Of a DNA stretch of 64,000 nt, positions 47,030 to 56,750 are shown one piece after another. The notes beneath the pieces were generated by a model that saw only the letters and a program-made list of their open reading frames with translations, searched no databases and was not told where the DNA came from. The DNA is from an uncultured Bdellovibrionales bacterium (lineage in GTDB: Bacteria > Patescibacteriota > Minisyncoccia > Moranbacterales > DUUL01): contig CAZDHE010000001.1 in assembly GCA_964505305.1 (NCBI GenBank), forward strand, positions 95,967 to 159,966, written 5' to 3'. Position numbers and translations under genes: made by a program. The first letter of the stretch is position 1. The number at the start of each line of letters is the position of its first letter.

Positions 47030-47722
47030 ATGAAAAAAAAGATTTTACTTGGTTTTACTACCACTTCCGGATCCGATTATAAGAAAAAATTAGAGGAAAT
47101 TGAAGAAATGGGCATAAAAGAAGCGGCCTTTTTCTTAACCGGGTTAGATTTAAAAAGAAGAAAAGAGTTGTATGGATTACTCGAAAGATCTTCTCTGGAG
47201 GAAGCTCCCCATATTCATATGAGAAATGATATGGAGAAGTGGGAGGTTGATTTTCTCGAGAAAAGGTTTAATGTTCAAGCGTATAATATTCACGATAAAA
47301 ATTCCTTGCACCCCTTTGAAAACTGTAAGGATAAATTTTTGGAGTATGCGGAAAAGATATTTATTGAAAACACCGAAACCATTCCGGAAAAAGACGAATT
47401 GAAAGAATTAGGCGGTTTATGCATAGACTTTAGTCATTGGCAGGATAATTTTCTAAAGGGTGAAAAAGATCATTATCAAAAAATCTTGAATCTAATTAAA
47501 AAATTTCCTATCGGTTGTAGTCATATTTCTGCCGTTCAAAACAAGCTAAACGAATTCGGCTCTTTTGCTAAGCATTCTTTTAGAAACTTAAGAGAATTTG
47601 ATTATATGGTAAATTTTGTTAATTTTTTACCCGATTTAGTCAGCTTGGAATTAGAAAACTCTTTTCAAGAGCAAATGAAGGTCAAAAGATATCTGGAAAA
47701 AAACTTAGAAGGAAAAGTTTAA
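47030..47722 (+). CDS. Hypothetical protein, probable metal-binding TIM-barrel
   Basis: HIH, NIH, FIEN, LCIDFSH, HISA, SLELEN pattern. Confidence 0.55.
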   Translation: MKKKILLGFTTTSGSDYKKKLEEIEEMGIKEAAFFLTGLDLKRRKELYGLLERSSLEEAPHIHMRNDMEKWEVDFLEKRFNVQAYNIHDKNSLHPFENCKDKFLEYAEKIFIENTETIPEKDELKELGGLCIDFSHWQDNFLKGEKDHYQKILNLIKKFPIGCSHISAVQNKLNEFGSFAKHSFRNLREFDYMVNFVNFLPDLVSLELENSFQEQMKVKRYLEKNLEGKV

Positions 47723-47806
47723 ATATTTGAGTTGTTTGATTAAAAATGCTATTATATAATCAAATCCCGGTTTTTCGGGTTGATTTTTAATAACTATAAA
47801 ACAATT

Positions 47807-48742
47807 ATGAAGATAAAAGAAATAATGGATTTGGCTGTTAAAACGGGTATGGAAAATGATTTTCGAAGCAAAGAGGAAATAAAAGAATTTTTACAAAGAA
47901 AAAAAGAGAAATTTGAAAGCTTGCCTAAGGAGGAGAAGGATTATTTTGATCGAGAAGAACTGGAAAACCCTTATATGGATTCGGCTGTTCATTATGATAA
48001 TGGCAAAGAAATCAAGAAGGCTTTGGCGGGGATTGATATAACTATGGGAGGACTAATGCTGGCAAAAGAATTGGGGTATGACTTGGTTATCAATCATCAT
48101 CCGGTCGGCAAAGCTTTGGCTCGATTGGATGATGTGATGGAATATCAAGTAGATGCTTTGGAAAAATTCGGAGTTCCGGTGAATATTGCCGAGAAAATGT
48201 TGCAAAAGAGAATTTCCGAAGTAGCTCGGGGAATAAATCCAGCCAATCACTATGCCGTAGTAGATGCGGCCAAGCTACTGGACATTAATTTGATCAATAT
48301 CCACACTCCGGCGGATAACTGTGTGGCAATGCTTGTTACTAAAAAAATAGAAAAAGCTCAATCTCGATATGTTAAAGACGTTATGAAGGTTTTAATGAGT
48401 ATTCCGGAATATCAAGAGGCTAAAAAAAGGTCCAACGGGCCTGTTTTGTTTACCGGCGTGGAAAATAATCGATGCGGGAAAGTGGTGGTTTCAGAGATGA
48501 CGGGTGGAACCGAAGGGTCTAAAGATATTTACCAAGCTATGGCTAATGCCGGAATAGGAACTATTGTGGGAATGCATCAAAGCGAGGAACACAGAAAAAG
48601 AGCCGAAGCAGCCAATTTGAATGTTATTATTGCCGGCCATATGTCCTCTGATTCCATCGGAATGAATGTTATTATGGACAAATTGGAAAAGAAAGGCTTG
48701 GAAATTACTCCTTTTTCCGGGCTGATTAGAAATAAAAAATAG
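47807..48742 (+). CDS. NIF3 (NGG1p-interacting factor 3)-like metal-binding protein
   Basis: GID, HHP, HTPADN, GGTEG, AGHMSSDSIG; start placed at ATG 47807. Confidence 0.85.
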   Translation: MKIKEIMDLAVKTGMENDFRSKEEIKEFLQRKKEKFESLPKEEKDYFDREELENPYMDSAVHYDNGKEIKKALAGIDITMGGLMLAKELGYDLVINHHPVGKALARLDDVMEYQVDALEKFGVPVNIAEKMLQKRISEVARGINPANHYAVVDAAKLLDINLINIHTPADNCVAMLVTKKIEKAQSRYVKDVMKVLMSIPEYQEAKKRSNGPVLFTGVENNRCGKVVVSEMTGGTEGSKDIYQAMANAGIGTIVGMHQSEEHRKRAEAANLNVIIAGHMSSDSIGMNVIMDKLEKKGLEITPFSGLIRNKK

Positions 48743-48840
48743 CAGTTTGGGAAGGAAACTATTTTTGGCTTAAGTTGCAAAGCGAGATTGAGGAGTTGAG
48801 AAACAAGAAAATTGATTTAAAAAATCTTTAATATCCTTGT

Positions 48841-49965
48841 ATGCGAATTGCACTAGTTCATGATTATTTGGTTCAGTATGGCGGGGCGGAAAGGGTTTTG
48901 GAGAATTTCACTGAAACTTGGCCGGATGCTCCTATTTTTACTTTGGTTCATGACTCCGAAAAGGTGCATCAGAAATTTAAAGACAAAAAGATCCGGACTT
49001 CTTTTTTGCAAAAATCCAGAATAGTTAAAAATCATCACCGTTTGTTTCCGCCCGTTATGATGGCGGCGATGGAGCAGTTTCATTTTGATAAATATGACGT
49101 AGTGCTTTCGGATTCCTCCAGTTTTGCCAAAAACATTATTACTTCCCCGGAAACTTTGCACATTTCCTACTGCCACACTCCTATGCGGTATGCTTGGGAT
49201 GATTGCCAATATTACATCAAAGAATTCAGCTTTCCGGGTTTACTGAAAAAAACCGCCCCCTTTTTTATGAATTACATTAGAGTTTGGGATTATTTTTCTA
49301 CTAACGGGGTGGATGAATTTATCGCCAACTCCAATTTTGTTGCCGGCAGAATTAAAAAATATTATGGCCGGGACTCTACAGTAATCAATCCCCCTGTTGA
49401 TGTGGATAATTTTTACGTGTATAATGAGAATAAGGGCGGGTACTTACTGGCAGTCGGCAGGATGATGAAATATAAAAGAATGGATCTGGTTATAAAAGCT
49501 TGCAATCGCTTAAATCAACCCTTGAAAATTATCGGCAGAGGTCCGGAATATAAAAATTTGCAAAAAATTGCCGGTCCTTCGGTGGAATTTACCGGTAGAG
49601 TTTCTGATAAGCAATTGCGAGAACTTTATGCCAAGGCTAAAGCTTTTATTTTCCCCCAGGAGGAGGATTTCGGGATTGTGGCTATCGAGGCCTTAGCCAG
49701 CGGACGGCCAGTGGTGGCTTATGCTTCCGGAGATATTGTAGAAAACATAGAAGATGGCAAAACAGGAGTTTTATTCTGGAAGCAGAATGAAGAAGAATTA
49801 GCCAAGGCTATTAAAAAATTGGATAAAATTAAGTTTGACCCAAATTATATCAGAAGCACCAGCTTGCGTTTTAAGAAAGATATTTTCCAAAAAAAGATAA
49901 AAAAATTGGTGGAAAGCAAATATCAAGCTCATCAAAATAAATTGCTGAAAAAAGCGGTTGCTTGA
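48841..49965 (+). CDS. Glycosyltransferase family 4
   Basis: HDYLVQYGGAERV, YCHTPMRY, EDFGIVAIEA. Confidence 0.93.
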   Translation: MRIALVHDYLVQYGGAERVLENFTETWPDAPIFTLVHDSEKVHQKFKDKKIRTSFLQKSRIVKNHHRLFPPVMMAAMEQFHFDKYDVVLSDSSSFAKNIITSPETLHISYCHTPMRYAWDDCQYYIKEFSFPGLLKKTAPFFMNYIRVWDYFSTNGVDEFIANSNFVAGRIKKYYGRDSTVINPPVDVDNFYVYNENKGGYLLAVGRMMKYKRMDLVIKACNRLNQPLKIIGRGPEYKNLQKIAGPSVEFTGRVSDKQLRELYAKAKAFIFPQEEDFGIVAIEALASGRPVVAYASGDIVENIEDGKTGVLFWKQNEEELAKAIKKLDKIKFDPNYIRSTSLRFKKDIFQKKIKKLVESKYQAHQNKLLKKAVA

Positions 49966-50001
49966 AACATTGAATAGTAAAATAAATTTTAAATATAAAC
50001 A

Positions 50002-51051
50002 ATGAAAAAAATAACTGACTTAAGTCTTCAAGATAAAAAAGTATTAGTCAGGTGCGATTTTAATGTAGGCTTGAAAGATGGAGAAATAGTTGAAGATATT
50101 CGCATTCAAAAAGCGTTAGAAACCATAGAATATGCTAAAAGCCAAGGCGTTCGCTGTATAATGGTGGTTTCCCATCTGGGAAGACCTGAAGGAGAAAAGA
50201 AAAAGGAACTTTCTTTATACCCGGTTAAGCAAAGATTGGAAGAGTTGCTTGGAAGCAAGGTTGGTTTAATAGACAATCCGGAGGATATTCAAAAGAATTT
50301 AGAAAAGGCCGCCTCCGGAGAAATTTTTCTTTTGGAAAACATAAGGTACTGGAAGGAAGAGAAAGAAGGTGACCGGGCTTTTTCGTCAAAGATAGCCGGT
50401 CAATTTGACGTTTATATAAATGATGCTTTTTCGGCCAGTCATCGAGCCCATGCTTCTATTGCCGGTTTCCCGGAGTTTACCCCTGAGGGGGCGGCGGGGC
50501 TTCTTTTTGAGAAGGAATTAAAGAATTTGTCTAAAGTTCGCTTCGAGCCCTCCACTCCGGCAGTAGCCATTATTGGCGGAGCTAAGATCGAAACCAAACT
50601 TCCGGTGATTAAAAATTTGGAAGAGAATTATGATTTTATTTTGGTGGGAGGAATGACCGCTAATGAGGCTTTGGATGAGGAAATGGAATTTTCCGATAAA
50701 GTTTTGTTGCCGGAGGATTTCTCCCCGAAAGAGAAGAAAGAAGATAGATTGGATGTTGGCCCGGCAACGGTGGAAAAATTTATTGATAAAATAAATTCGG
50801 CTCAAACAGTGGTTTGGAATGGGCCGCTGGGGATGTTTGAAGATTCTGATTGCGCTATGGGAACCAAGAAAGTAATGGAAGCCATAGAGAAAAATAAAAA
50901 AGCCTTTAAACTTGTAGGAGGAGGAGAGACGCTTGAAGCCGTTAACCGATTCTCCTCTTTGGATAATTTTGATTATGTTTCTATGAGCGGAGGAGCTATG
51001 CTGGAATTTTTGGCGGGGAAGGAGCTTCCCGGCATTGAAGTTTTGAAATAG
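50002..51051 (+). CDS. pgk: Phosphoglycerate kinase, short form
   Basis: RCDFNV, SHLGRP, LLENIR, NDAF..SHRAHAS, GGAK, WNGPLG.FE, GGGET, SGGAMLE. Confidence 0.95.
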   Translation: MKKITDLSLQDKKVLVRCDFNVGLKDGEIVEDIRIQKALETIEYAKSQGVRCIMVVSHLGRPEGEKKKELSLYPVKQRLEELLGSKVGLIDNPEDIQKNLEKAASGEIFLLENIRYWKEEKEGDRAFSSKIAGQFDVYINDAFSASHRAHASIAGFPEFTPEGAAGLLFEKELKNLSKVRFEPSTPAVAIIGGAKIETKLPVIKNLEENYDFILVGGMTANEALDEEMEFSDKVLLPEDFSPKEKKEDRLDVGPATVEKFIDKINSAQTVVWNGPLGMFEDSDCAMGTKKVMEAIEKNKKAFKLVGGGETLEAVNRFSSLDNFDYVSMSGGAMLEFLAGKELPGIEVLK

Positions 51052-51091
51052 CTTCGGTCTAAATTTTATAATCCAAAAATAATTTAAAAAT

Positions 51092-52099
51092 ATGAAAAAA
51101 GTTATTTGTATCGGTTCGGCTACCAAAGATATTTTTGTACAACTCAAAGAAACTCGATTGATTGATAATCCGGAGGACATTACTGCCAAAAAGCTGATGG
51201 CTTTTGAATTCGGCGCTAAAGAATACGCCCAATCTTTAAAGGAGGAGGTTGGAGGAAGCGCAGTTAATGTAGCCTCCGGGTTGGCAAAAAATGACTTGAA
51301 ACCTTTTGTTTTTTCCAGAACTTCCCGTGGAGAAACAGGCAAGTGGATAATTAAAAAAATTTCCAGACTTGGCGTCAAAAAAAATTATATGCAGCAAAGA
51401 GGCGCTCCTTCAAGCGAGGTGTCTGTTATTATATCCGATAAAAAAAATAAAGATCATATTATTTTGAGAACCGGAGATTCGGTTAATTGGTTTGATTTAG
51501 ATAAAGCTTTGGATAAATTTAGAGAAAAGGTGGATTGGATATTTTTGGCTTCTCAAAAAAATGCTACTGAAGAAAAAATGGAAAGCGTTGTCAAGTTTGC
51601 CGAACGCAAAAAAGCCAAATTGGCCCTAAACCCAAGCAGTTATCAAATATCTAAAGAAATCAAATCTTTGATTGAATTTTTAGAATATTTTGAGGTACTT
51701 TTTATTAATCGAGATGAGGCGATTGAAATTTTACAGAACAAGGGAGTAGAAGTAAAAGATAATCCAAATTATTTATTGGAAAACATTTTTAAGCTGGGTG
51801 TTAAAGTCGTAGTTATAACTGACGGAGCAAGTGGCGCTTATGTTTATGATGGTAAAGAGAAGCTGAGCTTGGGGATTGAAGCAAAAACAATAGTGGATAC
51901 AGTGGGAGCGGGGGATTCTTTTACCAGCGGTTTTCTTTCTTCTTATATCGAAGAAGAGGATATTAAAAAAGGATTGGCGCAAGGTATCATTAACAGCGGT
52001 TCGGTAGTCTCTTCTTTTGGCGCTACCAATGGCTTATTGTCTAAAAAAGATCTTAAAAAAAGAGAAAGGGAAGTTTTAAATAAAATAAAAACAATATAA
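51092..52099 (+). CDS. PfkB family carbohydrate kinase
   Basis: GGSAVNVA, N..EA, DTVGAGDSF. Confidence 0.92.
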   Translation: MKKVICIGSATKDIFVQLKETRLIDNPEDITAKKLMAFEFGAKEYAQSLKEEVGGSAVNVASGLAKNDLKPFVFSRTSRGETGKWIIKKISRLGVKKNYMQQRGAPSSEVSVIISDKKNKDHIILRTGDSVNWFDLDKALDKFREKVDWIFLASQKNATEEKMESVVKFAERKKAKLALNPSSYQISKEIKSLIEFLEYFEVLFINRDEAIEILQNKGVEVKDNPNYLLENIFKLGVKVVVITDGASGAYVYDGKEKLSLGIEAKTIVDTVGAGDSFTSGFLSSYIEEEDIKKGLAQGIINSGSVVSSFGATNGLLSKKDLKKREREVLNKIKTI

Positions 52100-52103
52100 A
52101 CTA

Positions 52104-54179
52104 ATGAAAAATTTTTTAGAACCGAAATCGATTGCTGTAATAGGCGCCTCCAACAAAAAGGGGAAAATAGGCAATATTTTGGTTAAAAACTTAAAGGAAG
52201 GCGGCTTCAAGGGTAAAATTTTTCCGGTTAATCCCAAACATTACAAGGTAGAAGGTTTGCGCGACTATGCTTCAGTTGCTGATATAGAAGGCGGGGTGGA
52301 TATGGCTATCGTGGCTTTGCCGGCCGGGTTAGTAGTTCAGGCAGTGGAAGATTGCGCTTGGAGAGAGCCTTTAATTAAGAATATTGTTATTATCTCGGCG
52401 GGGTTTTCTGAAATCGGCAAAGATGGAGAGGAGAGAGAGGGAGAGCTAAAACAATTGGCTCGGGAGTATGGATTGAATGTTCTAGGTCCAAATTGCCTGG
52501 GATTTATAAACACGGGTAAGAGTTTAAATGCTTCTTTTGCTAAAAAAGATTTATCAAAAGGAGGGACGGCTATTGTATCTCAATCGGGGGCTTTTGTGAC
52601 GGCTTTAATGAGTATGGCCGAAGATGAAGAAATGGGATTTTCCAAAATTATAACGCTTGGCAATAAAGCGGTTTTGGACGAAAAAGATTTTATTGATTAT
52701 TTAACCAATGATCCTGATACCAAGGCGGTCGGTTTTTACTTGGAAAGTTTGGAAAACGGAAGGGAATTTAGAAACAAGTTAATCCATCTTTCTCAAAAAA
52801 AGCCTGTCTTGGTTTTGAAAGCGGGCAACTCTAAAAAAGTTAAAAAGGCTATTCAATCTCATACCGGATCTATGGCCGGAGAAACAAGCGTTGCCAGGGC
52901 GGCTCTTGAAGAATCCGGAGCATTGTTTTTTGACAATATCAATGATTTTTGGAACACCTTAAAATTGTTTGATTATGCCAACAAAACCAAATCTTTAAAA
53001 AGCAACAAAGGTTTGATTTTAACTAATGCCGGCGGTCCGGGAGTCGTAGCAACCGACTTAATTGAGGGAAATTCTCAATTCAGTCTTTTAGACTTTTCAA
53101 CTAACGCCAAAGAGCGACTCAAAAAAGCTTTGCCGAGGGAAAGTTCGGTAGAAAATCCGATTGATGTTTTGGGGGATGCCGATCCGGAAAGATATGACGC
53201 GGTCTTAAGAATTCTTCAGAAAAACAAAGAGGTCGGATTTGCTGTTGCTTTAATAACTCCGCAATCTCAAACTGATATCAAGGGAATTTTATCTAAAATC
53301 TCAAAAAGGCAACAAAGCGCTTATTTTCCTATTTTTCCCGTGGTTATGAGTTCTGGAAAAAACTTTACTTCTCGGGCGGGGCAGACTTGTTTTAAGTTTC
53401 CGATTAATTTAGTAAAGGCTTTAGAAAGGGGGTTTGAATATCAAAGACTTAATTTGAAATCTTCCAAGCAGAAAAACGCTCCGAATAAATCCCATTCGCA
53501 AGAAGCCAAAAAAGCTTTAAAGATTTACGAGAAGGCTGTTAGTGAAAAAAGGAAGGTTTTTTACTATCAGGAAGGAGTAGAGTTGGCAAAACTTTATGAA
53601 ATAAATTCTTTACCGGCAGAAGAAATTGAATCGAAAGCCAAATTGGACAACTTAAAAATCCACAAAAAAAGTATCTTGAAACTGGATGACCCCTCTGTGT
53701 TACACAAAACCGCCCAAGGAGGTGTAATAGCCGGTATCTCTGAAAAGAAAGAGTTAGGAAAATCGGGAAAAAAGCTTTGGAGTAAATTTCCCGGAAAAAA
53801 ACTGATCCTTCAAGAGCAAGTGGAAAAAGGATCGGAGTTTATCATTGGAACAAAGAACGATTCTTCTTTGGGACCGATTTTAATGTGCGGAGTGGGCGGA
53901 ATATTAACGGAGATATTGGACGAAAAAATTATTTGGATCTTACCGGCGGAGAAAAGCGAGATCAAAGAAAAGATAAAGCAATCCAAAATGGTCGATATCC
54001 TGGCAAAGCAAGAAATAGACCTCTTATCCTTATCTGAATTGGTTTACAAAGCCGGAAGGATGAGTTGGGAAAATCCTTGGATAGAAGAATTGGATATAAA
54101 TCCGGCCTTTTTATACTCCGGTGAGCCATCTTTAGCGGTTGATATAAAATTAAAAATAAACATTAAGTCACAAAAATGA
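52104..54179 (+). CDS. Acetate--CoA ligase (ADP-forming) family, fused alpha/beta
   Basis: AVIGAS, GPNCLG, SQSGA, SHTGSMAG (phospho-His), NAGGPG, NPIDVLGDA, ELDINP. Confidence 0.92.
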   Translation: MKNFLEPKSIAVIGASNKKGKIGNILVKNLKEGGFKGKIFPVNPKHYKVEGLRDYASVADIEGGVDMAIVALPAGLVVQAVEDCAWREPLIKNIVIISAGFSEIGKDGEEREGELKQLAREYGLNVLGPNCLGFINTGKSLNASFAKKDLSKGGTAIVSQSGAFVTALMSMAEDEEMGFSKIITLGNKAVLDEKDFIDYLTNDPDTKAVGFYLESLENGREFRNKLIHLSQKKPVLVLKAGNSKKVKKAIQSHTGSMAGETSVARAALEESGALFFDNINDFWNTLKLFDYANKTKSLKSNKGLILTNAGGPGVVATDLIEGNSQFSLLDFSTNAKERLKKALPRESSVENPIDVLGDADPERYDAVLRILQKNKEVGFAVALITPQSQTDIKGILSKISKRQQSAYFPIFPVVMSSGKNFTSRAGQTCFKFPINLVKALERGFEYQRLNLKSSKQKNAPNKSHSQEAKKALKIYEKAVSEKRKVFYYQEGVELAKLYEINSLPAEEIESKAKLDNLKIHKKSILKLDDPSVLHKTAQGGVIAGISEKKELGKSGKKLWSKFPGKKLILQEQVEKGSEFIIGTKNDSSLGPILMCGVGGILTEILDEKIIWILPAEKSEIKEKIKQSKMVDILAKQEIDLLSLSELVYKAGRMSWENPWIEELDINPAFLYSGEPSLAVDIKLKINIKSQK

Positions 54180-54745
54180 GCAATCAAGAAGACAAAAAAA
54201 CTATCTTGCTGGTAGATGACCATAATGAAATCAGGGAGAATTACAAAGAAATTTTTATCTCTTATGGTTTTGAGGTAATTACTGCTGAAAACGGCATAGA
54301 AGCTTTGGAAAAAATAGAAAATAATAAGGTTGACGCAGTTTTTACCGGTATTATAATGCCTCGAATGGACGGATTTCAACTTTTGGAAAGCCTTAAGAAG
54401 CACACTCACACCTCCGGCATTCCGGTAGCTATAAACTCTCACTTGGGAAGAGAGCAAGACAAGAAAAAAATGATGGAAATGGGAGCGGATGACTTCATTG
54501 TTTATGGTACTGTTCCTCCCGTTAGGGTGGCCGAAAGAATCAAAAGAATGGTTGAACCTAATAAATTTCTATTAAAGATAATTAAAGAAGAGGCTGACTT
54601 TAAGAAATTTATTGAAGAAAAAGATCTTTCTTCTCAAATGACTTGCCCGGATTGTGGAGGCGATTTGGCTTTGGAATTAAAGGAAAAAGAGAAAGATGTT
54701 TATGAAGCTAAGGTTGTTTGCTTAGAGTGCAAGAGTTATTTTTGA
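54176..54745 (+). CDS. Receiver-like protein lacking the phospho-Asp, with a C-terminal Zn-ribbon
   Basis: LLVDD, VFTGIIMPRMDG (D replaced by G), CPDCGG...CLEC; ATGA overlap with the acd gene. Confidence 0.8.
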   Translation: MSNQEDKKTILLVDDHNEIRENYKEIFISYGFEVITAENGIEALEKIENNKVDAVFTGIIMPRMDGFQLLESLKKHTHTSGIPVAINSHLGREQDKKKMMEMGADDFIVYGTVPPVRVAERIKRMVEPNKFLLKIIKEEADFKKFIEEKDLSSQMTCPDCGGDLALELKEKEKDVYEAKVVCLECKSYF

Positions 54746-54822
54746 TTAAGGAAGTTTTTAAGATAAACCGGCCTTTAGTTCAAAAAAGCAAAGATTATTG
54801 AAATTAAACACGGAAATCACAG

Positions 54823-56523
54823 ATGAAAAAGAATTGGAAATACGATCCTATAAAAAACAAACGGACATTTAAAGATTTGGAGCCCGCTACGGAAAACCTG
54901 CTTTTAAAGAGAGGGATTAACACTACCAAAAAACTTGAAAAGTTTTTATCTCCGGATTATGAAGAGGGGATGTACGACCCTTTTTTGTTAAGCGGTATAA
55001 AGAAAGCAGTAAATCGTTTTTTGAAAGCTCGTCAAAATAAGGAAAAGATTTGCGTCTATGGAGATTATGACGCGGATGGTGTAACCTCTTCAGTTTTATT
55101 GCACTTTTTCCTAAGTGAGTTGGGGGTGGATAATTTTTGCTATATTCCCGATCGCGACAAAGAAGGCTATGGCTTAAACACTAAAGCTATTGATTATATA
55201 AAGGGTAAAGAGGCTGATTTGATTATTACTGTGGATTGCGGAATAACCAATAAAGAAGAAGTGGAATATGCTAAGGAAAAGGGAATAGATGTGATAATTT
55301 TAGATCATCATCATGTTCCTCCCGAGATTCCCAAGGCCGTTGCGGTAGTTGACCCCAAGAGAAAACAGGGAAAATATCCTTTTGATGAATTGGCCGGGGT
55401 GGGAGTTGCTTTTAAATTTGCTCAAGCGGTAGCTCAAAAAACAAAAGATTATGAGGATGAGAAACTGAAATGGTATTTGGATTTAGTGGCTATCGGAACG
55501 GTGGCTGATTGCGTGCCCTTGGTGGAAGAAAACAGAGTTTTGGTGAAATTTGGCTTAATTGTTTTATCTAAGACTAAAAATGTTGGCCTGAAGCAGCTTT
55601 TTAAGGTGGGCAATATAAATATTAACGAAAATTGCTTTCCCAACAGCCAGCAAGTTTCTTTTCAAATAGCGCCTCGCATTAACGCCGCCGGAAGGATGGA
55701 TCACGCCAATATTGCTTACGAGCTTTTATCAAGAAGGGAAACTCAAATAGCTCAAGCGCGGGAGCTGGCGCTGGAGTTAGAAGCTCAGAACAGTCATCGC
55801 CAAAAAGTCACCAACTATATAACCCAAAGTGTTGAAGACAACTTAGCCAAATTAAAAAAAGTTCCCAAGGTGATTATCCAAAGCTCGCCGCATTGGATGA
55901 TTGGAGTTATTGGCTTAGCCGCTGGTAAATTAGCGGATAAATTTAATCGACCGACTATCTTGCTTCAAGACACCGGTTCCAATTGCAGGGGGTCGGGAAG
56001 ATCGGTAGAGGGTTTCAACTTGGTGGAGAGCTTGGAAAGAAACGGCGCTTGGTTAAAGAAATTCGGGGGGCATAATCAGGCGGTGGGGTTAACCGTTTCT
56101 AATAAAAATTTCCCCAAGTTTAAAGAAGTTTTCATTCAGGATGTAGAAAAGCATTTACCAAAAACGGTTGACAAGAAGATTTATGTGGATGTTCAGGTTA
56201 AAGAAGAAGAGATCAATCAAAAACTTTGTAATGAAGTTTCTTTGCTGGAGCCTTTTGGAAAGGGCAATGAAGCCCCGATATTTCTTTGGAAGAAGGCCGC
56301 GGTGGCGGATAAAAAACTGCTTGGAAAACAAGGCAAACATCTGAAAATATGGTTGAAAGACAACAAAGGGGAGCGTTTGTTGGAAGCCATAGGTTTTGGT
56401 TTAGGAGAAAGTTTTGAGGAAATTCAACCCGGAAATAAAATAGATGTTTTGTTTCATATAGAAGAAAATAATTGGAACGGAAGAAAAAATTTGCAATTAA
56501 GATTAATTGATCTTGATTATTGA
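54823..56523 (+). CDS. recJ: Single-stranded-DNA-specific exonuclease RecJ
   Basis: YGDYDADG, TVDCG, LDHH, GTVAD, PRINAAGR, GSGRS, GGH, LEPFG. Confidence 0.96.
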   Translation: MKKNWKYDPIKNKRTFKDLEPATENLLLKRGINTTKKLEKFLSPDYEEGMYDPFLLSGIKKAVNRFLKARQNKEKICVYGDYDADGVTSSVLLHFFLSELGVDNFCYIPDRDKEGYGLNTKAIDYIKGKEADLIITVDCGITNKEEVEYAKEKGIDVIILDHHHVPPEIPKAVAVVDPKRKQGKYPFDELAGVGVAFKFAQAVAQKTKDYEDEKLKWYLDLVAIGTVADCVPLVEENRVLVKFGLIVLSKTKNVGLKQLFKVGNININENCFPNSQQVSFQIAPRINAAGRMDHANIAYELLSRRETQIAQARELALELEAQNSHRQKVTNYITQSVEDNLAKLKKVPKVIIQSSPHWMIGVIGLAAGKLADKFNRPTILLQDTGSNCRGSGRSVEGFNLVESLERNGAWLKKFGGHNQAVGLTVSNKNFPKFKEVFIQDVEKHLPKTVDKKIYVDVQVKEEEINQKLCNEVSLLEPFGKGNEAPIFLWKKAAVADKKLLGKQGKHLKIWLKDNKGERLLEAIGFGLGESFEEIQPGNKIDVLFHIEENNWNGRKNLQLRLIDLDY

Positions 56524-56621
56524 AGCAAAATTGAAGGGGGGGGCGTCTCCAGGCGCCATTTCTACTGTAATTCCAACTTTTTTGCTAATTTCCCCAAAAA
56601 TTTTTTGCATTATCTCTGCTA

Positions 56622-56637
56622 TCCCGAGTACTCGGGA
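56622..56637. repeat. Perfect 16-bp palindrome (REP-like)
   Basis: TCCCGAGTACTCGGGA. Confidence 0.7.
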
Positions 56638-56750
56638 CGAAGGTTGTTGGAAAAACTTATCTAAAAAAATATAAATTTCGCAACGAAATGGTGTATGGAA
56701 ATAATTCCTTGCGAGTGAGATATTTTTGCTGAAATAATATATGAATTTGT

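Noticed and set aside
50518-51378. 286-aa minus-strand ORF, and the many other short ORFs nested in long genes
   Set aside because: They are antisense or alternate-frame overlaps of well-supported genes (here pgk and pfkB) and carry no recognisable motifs.
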